18,286 nt of DNA, from assembly GCA_050125095.1 (NCBI GenBank), contig JASFEA010000065.1, forward strand, positions 1 through 18,286, written 5' to 3'. Both the position numbers and the translations under genes were made by a program. Source of the stretch: a bacterium (GTDB lineage Bacteria; Arandabacterota; Arandabacteria; Arandabacterales; JALGWA01). The notes below the pieces were generated by a model, which had not been told where the DNA came from, did no database searches, and saw nothing but the letters and a program-made list of their open reading frames with translations. Positions 1-6,225 of this stretch are shown here, in pieces; the stretch's first letter is position 1, and each line of letters begins with the position of its first letter.

Positions 1-1
1 G

Positions 2-2665
2 ATGCCCATCCTCTTCCTGGCAGTGACGGGCGACTACGACATAGCCGAGCTCAGGAAGGTGGTAGAGGACCAGATAGAGCCCAGGATAGAGAGGGTCCGG
101 GGCATAGCCAGCGCCTTCACCCAGGGCGGAAGGGATCGCGAGATCCACGTCTATGCCGACGATGAGAAGCTCGAGGCCTACGGACTTACCATTCAGGACC
201 TCCAGACGGCGCTCATGCTGGAGAACGTCCGCGTTCCGGGCGGGAGCATCAAGCAGGGCCGGACGGACTTCCTGGTGAGGACCTCGGGCGAGTTCAAGGC
301 CGTCGACGACATAAGGAACGTGGTGGTCACGCGTTACCAGGGGGCCCCCGTGTTCATGAAGGACGTGGCCACCGTCGAGGACACTTTCGCGGATGAGGCC
401 GAGATCATCCGGTTCAACGGCGAGCCGGGCATAATGCTGATGCTTCAGAAGCAATCGACCTACAACACGGTCGAGGTATCCGACCGCGTCAAGGCACAGC
501 TCCCCGCCATCGAACAGGCCCTTGGGGTCAAGTTCGTGCCGCTGATGGACTCGGCGCGCTATATCAACCGGTCCATCGGCAACCTGAGAACGGTGGCGCT
601 TCAGGGGGCCATCCTCGCGATCATAGTGCTGTTCCTCTTCCTGAGGAACGTTCCGTCGACGCTTATAATCGCGACCTCCATACCCGTTTCGATCGTCGCC
701 ACTTTCATCATCATGAACGCCACCGATGTCACGCTGAATATGATATCGATGGGGGGGCTCACGCTTGGAATTGGAATGCTCGTGGACTCGTCCATCGTTG
801 TGCTGGAGAATATCTACCGGCACCGCGAGAGGGGGCTTACGCGCAAGGAGGCAGCTACTTACGGCGCCGCCGAGGTGGCGACGCCAATCACGGCCTCTGT
901 ACTCACAACGGTCGCCGTATTCTTCCCGGTGATATTCGTGCCCGGGATCGCGGGCATACTCTTCAGGGACATGGCGCTTACGGTCACGTTCGCGCTCATC
1001 TGTTCCCTCTTCGTTGCGCTGACGCTTATCCCGCTGCTTTCCTCGAAGGTCCTCACGGTGGGCAGGAAGGCAAGGGAGGAGGTAAAGGAGAGGCGCATAA
1101 CGAGGTCGTATGAGCGCGTCCTGCGGTGGGCGCTCGCGCACAGGAAGACCACCCTCGGCATAGCGTTGCTGATTTTCGTCTTCAGCCTGAGCCTGATGAG
1201 ATATGTCGGCGTCGAGTTCACCCCCGCCAGCGAACCGGGCGAGTTCAACGTCAAAGTGGAGCTGCCGGTGGGGACGAGGATAGAACGAACCGAGGAGGCC
1301 ACGGCCCAGGTGGAGTCCATAATCATATCCCAGGTGCCGGAGCTCGAGGCCATTTTCGCGCGCGTCGGGCAGGGAAGCGGTTTCGGGGCCTTCTTCGGGG
1401 GGGAGGGCAGTCACAGCGCCAACATCTACTTCCAGGCGGTGCCGCTTGAGGATAGGGACAGGAGCGACGAGCAAATACGCTTCGCGCTCAGCAAGCCCAT
1501 AACCAGGGTGCCCGGGGCCGAGGTATATTTCGCCACCGACGCCTTCTCGGAGATGATGTTCGGGGGCGCCAGGCTCAAGGTCGAGATATACGGCCACGAC
1601 CTCGATACGAGCAGGGATATAGCTCTCCGGGTCAAGGAGATCATGGAGGGCATTCCCGGGACCATGGACGTGAGGATATCGCGGGCCGAAGGCAAGCCGG
1701 AGATCCAGGTGGCCATAGACAGGGAAAGAGCGGCCTATTTCGGGCTCAACCTCAGCTCCATCGCCCATGCCATACAGACCGGGGTGATGGGCGACGTGGC
1801 GGGGCAATTCAGGGAAGAAGGCGACGAGTACAATATCAGGGTGAGGCTGCCCGAGGAGCGGCGCCGGTCGTTGAGCGACATCATGGACATCCTGGTGCCG
1901 TCCCCGCAGGGCCATTCGGTGCCGCTGGGAAGCGTAGCGAGTATGAAATACGTAACCGGACCCGTTGAGATCGAGCGGCTCGGCCAGCGCCGGGTCATAA
2001 ACGTGACGGGCAACCTCACGGGCGAGCGCGACCTCGGCAGCGTGGTCGGCGACCTCAGGGAAGCGCTCAAGCAGGTGGAGGTCCCGCGGGACTTCATCGT
2101 GCAGGTCGCGGGCGAGGCCGAGGACGTCGCCGAGTCCTTCAGGTGGCTCGGGCTTGCGCTCATGGGGGCCATTTTCCTGGTGTACATGGTAATGGCCTCG
2201 CAGTTTGAGTCGCTGAGGCACCCCTTCATCATCATGTTCTCGCTTCCGCTGTCATTCATCGGCGTGGCCTGGATGCTCTTCCTTTCGGGAACGACCCTCA
2301 GCATAAACTCATTTACCGGCGTCATCGTCCTCGCCGGCATAGTCGTGAACAACGCCATTATCCTCGTGGACTACACCAATCTCTTGAGGGCCCGGGGGGC
2401 CGATCTGGAGGAGGCCGTCGTGACGGCGGCCAAGACGAGGGCGAGGCCCATCCTGATGACGGCCGTGACCACTATTCTGGCCATGACACCCATGGCGCTG
2501 GGCCTGGGCGAGGGCGGCGAGCTCAACGCTCCCCTGGCCAGGTCGGTAGTGGGCGGGCTGTCGACATCGACGCTTCTCACTCTTGTCATTATCCCCGTCG
2601 TCTACATGAGTTTCGAGAAATTCACAATGAGGTTCTCCAGGAAGAAATCCGGAGGTGGCGACTAA
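2..2665 (+). CDS. Efflux RND transporter permease subunit (AcrB/AcrD/AcrF family), 5'-truncated by the window edge
   Basis: Two porter-domain/TM halves. TM4 GMLVDSSIVVLENI, TM10 GIVVNNAIILVD, RARPILMT, and the C-terminal PLARSVVGGL..STLLTLVIIPVVY are typical RND motifs. 887 aa are visible versus ~1,030 typical, so the true start lies upstream. Confidence 0.96.
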   Translation: MPILFLAVTGDYDIAELRKVVEDQIEPRIERVRGIASAFTQGGRDREIHVYADDEKLEAYGLTIQDLQTALMLENVRVPGGSIKQGRTDFLVRTSGEFKAVDDIRNVVVTRYQGAPVFMKDVATVEDTFADEAEIIRFNGEPGIMLMLQKQSTYNTVEVSDRVKAQLPAIEQALGVKFVPLMDSARYINRSIGNLRTVALQGAILAIIVLFLFLRNVPSTLIIATSIPVSIVATFIIMNATDVTLNMISMGGLTLGIGMLVDSSIVVLENIYRHRERGLTRKEAATYGAAEVATPITASVLTTVAVFFPVIFVPGIAGILFRDMALTVTFALICSLFVALTLIPLLSSKVLTVGRKAREEVKERRITRSYERVLRWALAHRKTTLGIALLIFVFSLSLMRYVGVEFTPASEPGEFNVKVELPVGTRIERTEEATAQVESIIISQVPELEAIFARVGQGSGFGAFFGGEGSHSANIYFQAVPLEDRDRSDEQIRFALSKPITRVPGAEVYFATDAFSEMMFGGARLKVEIYGHDLDTSRDIALRVKEIMEGIPGTMDVRISRAEGKPEIQVAIDRERAAYFGLNLSSIAHAIQTGVMGDVAGQFREEGDEYNIRVRLPEERRRSLSDIMDILVPSPQGHSVPLGSVASMKYVTGPVEIERLGQRRVINVTGNLTGERDLGSVVGDLREALKQVEVPRDFIVQVAGEAEDVAESFRWLGLALMGAIFLVYMVMASQFESLRHPFIIMFSLPLSFIGVAWMLFLSGTTLSINSFTGVIVLAGIVVNNAIILVDYTNLLRARGADLEEAVVTAAKTRARPILMTAVTTILAMTPMALGLGEGGELNAPLARSVVGGLSTSTLLTLVIIPVVYMSFEKFTMRFSRKKSGGGD

Positions 2666-2962
2666 ATGCCTACCGAGATGGTATTCGTGGTGTTCAACTC
2701 CTCGATAGAGGACGAGATGCTGGAGGCCCTCCGGGAAGCCGGTATGGACTGCTTCACCAAGATCCCCGGTCTTCACGGCCAGGGCAGCTGCTCCGAGCCC
2801 AGGCTCGACAGCCACGTCTGGCCCGGCACAAATATCGCGTATCTCATTGCGGTTCAAAGCGAAGAGCGCGAGCGCATCCTCGAGGCGATCCGGAAGATGA
2901 AGGGGATCCATCGCGAGGAAGGCGTCTCAGCATTCGTCTTCCCCCTGACTCACATCGTATAG
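2666..2962 (+). CDS. PII-like small protein, PG0541 family (RND transporter-associated)
   Basis: 98 aa with PII-like pattern MVFVVFN...FTKIPGLHGQG..EPRLDSHVWPGTN. ATG directly follows the RND stop (TAA-ATG), with SD GGAGGT at 2651-2656. Confidence 0.82.
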   Translation: MPTEMVFVVFNSSIEDEMLEALREAGMDCFTKIPGLHGQGSCSEPRLDSHVWPGTNIAYLIAVQSEERERILEAIRKMKGIHREEGVSAFVFPLTHIV

Positions 2963-3062
2963 CGCCCGCGGCCGCCCTGCGGCCCCGCTGCCGTCCGCCC
3001 GTTCCCTATGGCCCGGGGCAAGAGAGCCCGATGGGCATGAAACGGGGGCGCGTCAAGCCCAT

Positions 3063-3091
3063 AAAAAAAGGGGCGCCGTATGGCGCCCCTT
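3063..3091 (-). terminator. Rho-independent terminator of the ompA-family gene (possibly bidirectional)
   Basis: Stem AAGGGGCGCC (3068-3077), loop GTAT, GGCGCCCCTT (3082-3091). The A7 tract at 3063-3069 is a U tract on the minus strand. It lies between convergent genes. Confidence 0.88.
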
Positions 3092-3108
3092 AACGAATGC
3101 GGTCAGGC

Positions 3109-4413
3109 CTATTCGCCTTCCCCTTGGTAAATCGTGAACTCGATCCTTCTGTTCTGGGCCCTGCCCTCGGCAGTATCGTTGGAAGCCACTGGCTCGCGCT
3201 CGCCATGAGTCCGGACGAGGATCCTGCCCGGAGGCGCGCCCTTATCGATCATGTAGTCCTTGGCCGCCTGGGCCCTTCTCCTGCCGAGACCCATGTTGTA
3301 CTCGTCAGAGCCGACGCTGTCGGTGTGGCCGTGAATCACGATCCTGACCTCGGGGTAGAGCTTGATGATATCGTAGACGTAGTCGAGGGTCGGATTCGGG
3401 ATGGGCTTGATAATGGTCTTGTCGAAGGAGAACCTGATGACCTCGATCTCTGAGAGGTCGGGCATCTTGACCGGGCAACCCACCTCGTCGACCTCCACCC
3501 CGGCCGGGGTGTTGGGACAGGCGTCAAGGCCGTCGCACACGCCGTCGCCGTCGGTGTCCTTCGGACATCCGCGCTCGTCGACTATGCAGCCCTTGGGCGT
3601 GCCGGGGCACTTGTCGAGCCCGTCGCACACGCCGTCGCCGTCGGTGTCCTTCGGACATCCGCGCTCGTCGACTATGCAGCCCTTGGGCGTCTCGGGGCAT
3701 CTGTCGACGCCGTCACACACGCCGTCGCCGTCGGAGTCCACCTCGCAGCCGTCCTTGTCCACCACGCAGCCCATCGGCGTGTCGGGACACCTGTCCTCGC
3801 AGTCGCTCACGCCGTCGCCGTCCTGGTCGCCTTCGCCGCCGGGATACCATGTGATGCCGACCCCGAAGTACCAGTGCTGGTTTTCGGTGGCCATCGTCCC
3901 GATCATGTCGCGGTCGTCGGTGAGTATGTAACGGTACTTGAAGTTGAAGTCGAGGGCGGCGACGCAGTTGAGGAACACGTCAAAGCCGACTCCGGCCCCG
4001 AATGCCGGGTCCCATTGCTTGTCGAGCTGCATCTCTCTGGGGCGGTCGTTCGAGTCCCATCGCATTACCCCCACCCCCATGTTTATATAGGGGGAGAACC
4101 TGCGGTCCGGCATGAAAGCGTATAACAGATTGAGGTCAATCGGTATGAGGTTGGTTCTGTATGCGTAACTGTCCGTGTCATAGTTCCAGCCGTATCCAAC
4201 GTTGAACAGGAGCGACCAGTCGTTCATCTCGCTTATGGACCTGCGCAACTTGAAGTTGCCCATGAACCACCCTTTGGCCCGCTCATTGTCGCCGCCAAAG
4301 AGCTGGTTGTAGCCAAAGTCGCCACCGAGCCCTAGCCGCCTGTCGTAGGCGTAACCACTAGAGGCGGCGAGGATTACGGAAAAGCAAACCAGCAAGAGAA
4401 CCGCTTTCTTCAT
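3109..4413 (-). CDS. OmpA-family outer membrane protein (OM beta-barrel + 4 thrombospondin type-3 repeats + OmpA_C peptidoglycan-binding domain)
   Basis: ATG 4413 follows SD AAGGGAGGAG. Signal peptide MKKAVLLLVCFSVILAASSGYA; barrel strands (FSPYINMGVG, FGAGVGFD, YFGVGITWY); DxDGDGVxDxxDxCPxTP repeats; HGHTDSVGSDEYNMGLGRRRA...GRAQNRRIEF OmpA_C signature. Confidence 0.95.
   Translation of the reverse strand: MKKAVLLLVCFSVILAASSGYAYDRRLGLGGDFGYNQLFGGDNERAKGWFMGNFKLRRSISEMNDWSLLFNVGYGWNYDTDSYAYRTNLIPIDLNLLYAFMPDRRFSPYINMGVGVMRWDSNDRPREMQLDKQWDPAFGAGVGFDVFLNCVAALDFNFKYRYILTDDRDMIGTMATENQHWYFGVGITWYPGGEGDQDGDGVSDCEDRCPDTPMGCVVDKDGCEVDSDGDGVCDGVDRCPETPKGCIVDERGCPKDTDGDGVCDGLDKCPGTPKGCIVDERGCPKDTDGDGVCDGLDACPNTPAGVEVDEVGCPVKMPDLSEIEVIRFSFDKTIIKPIPNPTLDYVYDIIKLYPEVRIVIHGHTDSVGSDEYNMGLGRRRAQAAKDYMIDKGAPPGRILVRTHGEREPVASNDTAEGRAQNRRIEFTIYQGEGE
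3469..3828 (-). repeat. Four 90-nt/30-aa TSP type-3 Ca-binding repeats within ompA
   Basis: DQDGDGVSDCEDRCPDTPMGCVVDKDGCEV / DSDGDGVCDGVDRCPETPKGCIVDERGCPK / DTDGDGVCDGLDKCPGTPKGCIVDERGCPK / DTDGDGVCDGLDACPNTPAGVEVDEVGCPV. Nucleotides 3530-3600 and 3620-3690 are identical. Confidence 0.93.
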
Positions 4414-4585
4414 TGTAACTCCTCCCTTAGTTACCTTCACTCTGCGATGGTTCAATACTTAAGATCAAACCACCTCCTTACTGTTTCCGCCAATGCTTTG
4501 CACTAACGTGCACTTATACCTGTTTCGGTACACGGCTAGCGGCACTTTATCAACTCGCCAAAATCTAGTCAATCAAAAAATGAGC

Positions 4586-4615
4586 TTGACACGCCTTTTA
4601 CGTTCTGATAGTTTG
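4586..4615 (+). promoter_or_regulatory. Putative sigma70 promoter of the thioredoxin/DUF1844 genes
   Basis: TTGACA (4586-4591), 17 nt, then TAGTTT (4609-4614) preceded by extended -10 TG. It lies ~60 nt upstream of ATG 4677. Confidence 0.65.
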
Positions 4616-4676
4616 CTCGAGCCCTGCTCATTAACATGTCTCGCCTTTTAACCCCTTTAAGAAAGGTACAGGTTAT

Positions 4677-5141
4677 ATGCGCGCTACAAGACTACTCCCT
4701 ATACTCCTGATTGCTGCAATCATGATGTCCGCTTCGCTGGGTCTCGTATCCTGTGGTAAGGAGGGCGAAGAGACCGCGGCGGGCGGCGGCGAAATCGAGT
4801 GGTTGACCGCTTATGAAGAGGCGATGGACCAGGCCAAGGACAAGAACCGGCCCGTTATGATCGACTTCTACACGGACTGGTGCAGCTGGTGCAAGCAGCT
4901 CGACAGGACCACTTACGTGGACGCGACGGTGGTGAAGAAGTCCGAGAAGTTCATCAGCCTTAAGATCGACGCGGACGGCCAGAGGTCGCTCGCGGCCAGG
5001 TACAGGGTGGGGGCTTTCCCGACTATTCTGTTTATAAATCCCGAAGGCCTGGAGATTCACCGGGTTGTGGGTTTCAGGCCGGCCGTGGATTTCTTAAAAG
5101 AGATGGACACGGCACTCGGCGCTTTCAAGAGGTCTTCTTAA
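4677..5141 (+). CDS. Thioredoxin-fold lipoprotein (WCSWC active site)
   Basis: Lipoprotein signal with lipobox LVS-C. RPVMIDFYTDWCSWCKQLD; cis-Pro loop YRVGAFPTILF; GFRP motif. Confidence 0.9.
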   Translation: MRATRLLPILLIAAIMMSASLGLVSCGKEGEETAAGGGEIEWLTAYEEAMDQAKDKNRPVMIDFYTDWCSWCKQLDRTTYVDATVVKKSEKFISLKIDADGQRSLAARYRVGAFPTILFINPEGLEIHRVVGFRPAVDFLKEMDTALGAFKRSS

Positions 5142-5171
5142 GCCCGGGCGGGGGGCGATTTGGAAGCCAGC

Positions 5172-5585
5172 ATGAACAGAGACGAGGCGCTCTTCGTAAA
5201 CCTCGTCATGATATTCAAGAGCGCGGCCATGCAGCAGATGGGCAAGGTCGTGAACCCGCTCACCGGGAAGGTGGAGCGGAACCTGGAGCAGGCGAGATTC
5301 TCCATCGACACCATAGCCATGCTCAAGGACAAGACCCGTGGCAACCTCTCAGACGATCTCACCAAACTCTTAGACTCGGTTCTGATGGAACTCAGGATGA
5401 ACTTCGTGGAGGAGACCAGGGTGGGGGACACGCCGCCGGCCGGAGCCGGAGAGCAGGCGGAAGCCCCGGAAGCCACGGCTTCCGGCGCCGGGGAGAAGGG
5501 TGGGAGCCGCAAGGGCGCAGGCGGTGAAAAGGAGGGTCCCGAAGCCGGGCCGGAGGACGCTCAGAATGGCCGAGAAGGCGAATAG
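5172..5585 (+). CDS. DUF1844 domain-containing protein with low-complexity C-terminal tail
   Basis: AMQQMGKVVNPLTGK...NLEQARFSIDTIAMLKDKTRGNL..LLDSVLMELRMNFV matches the DUF1844 pattern. Start is ATG 5172 or TTG 5160. Confidence 0.85.
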   Translation: MNRDEALFVNLVMIFKSAAMQQMGKVVNPLTGKVERNLEQARFSIDTIAMLKDKTRGNLSDDLTKLLDSVLMELRMNFVEETRVGDTPPAGAGEQAEAPEATASGAGEKGGSRKGAGGEKEGPEAGPEDAQNGREGE

Positions 5586-5726
5586 GATAGGGCAGCATTT
5601 TTTTCTTAAGGTCTTGCACCGCCTTGCCGAAGCAAGCAGATGTGTAGTCTCAACGGAATGCATAAATGCGCGGAGATCATTCAAGATTGACAAATTGGAA
5701 ATAATAGTTGCAAAGAGTTTTTTTTC

Positions 5727-5757
5727 TTGACAGGTTCTTTAGCACTATGATAGTTTG
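5727..5757 (+). promoter_or_regulatory. Putative sigma70 promoter upstream of the giant-protein gene
   Basis: TTGACA (5727-5732), 18 nt, then TAGTTT (5751-5756) preceded by TG-A. It shares the TGATAGTTTG 10-mer with the 4586 promoter and has a T-rich upstream tract. Confidence 0.6.
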
Positions 5758-5819
5758 GCAGCCGAATTTGGAAGTGATTAATACGGAGTGCCTTAGAGTA
5801 TTTTGGATGTTGTTTTCAC

Positions 5820-5851
5820 TTGACAACATTTGGGCGCGTGTGGCATGTTTG
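5820..5851 (+). promoter_or_regulatory. Possible second promoter upstream of the giant-protein gene
   Basis: TTGACA (5820-5825), 18 nt, then CATGTT preceded by TG-G and followed by TG. The -10 match is weak. Confidence 0.3.
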
Positions 5852-6225
5852 CGCTACTCTTTAAGAAGGGTAAGGTATACTGTATAGTTCCGAATGTGTT
5901 TTTGCTGAAAGGGGGGAGCTGAGTTCCGCTGCGAGAGACCCTCATCCAGTGGGAAAGCACGTTGGCTAATTAGCGTCGCTCGCAAGCATTCGAGTAGCTG
6001 GCTCATGCACTGTGAGATTAAGAAAGAGATTGAGAAAGAAAAGGGAGTCTTGGGGAAGTCCAGGCTCTCCATGCGCATTCGGCAGCAGGACAGAGAAGCA
6101 GGAGGTAGGCAATAGTGAGTCAACGCACTAATCGTTTTTCTTTATCAAGAGCCTTTACATATATATTCTCAGGTCTTGATGTCGAAAGTGGCAAGGGTTC
6201 AGTCAGAGAGAGGAGGAAAGGAGAA

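Noticed and set aside
3068-3091. Similarity between the 3068 and 17587 hairpins (AAGGGG(G)CGC) as a repeat family
   Set aside because: Adequately explained as ordinary GC-rich terminator stems.
4414-4455. ORF-track TTG start for ompA at 4455
   Set aside because: ATG 4413 has a well-spaced SD and gives a clean signal peptide.
5905-6010. Possible known riboswitch (c-di-GMP, SAM, cobalamin) or SECIS
   Set aside because: I could not identify the conserved cores; only short, weak stems are present.
5854-6123. 89-aa minus-strand ORF in the leader
   Set aside because: No SD, no recognisable domain, and atypical composition.
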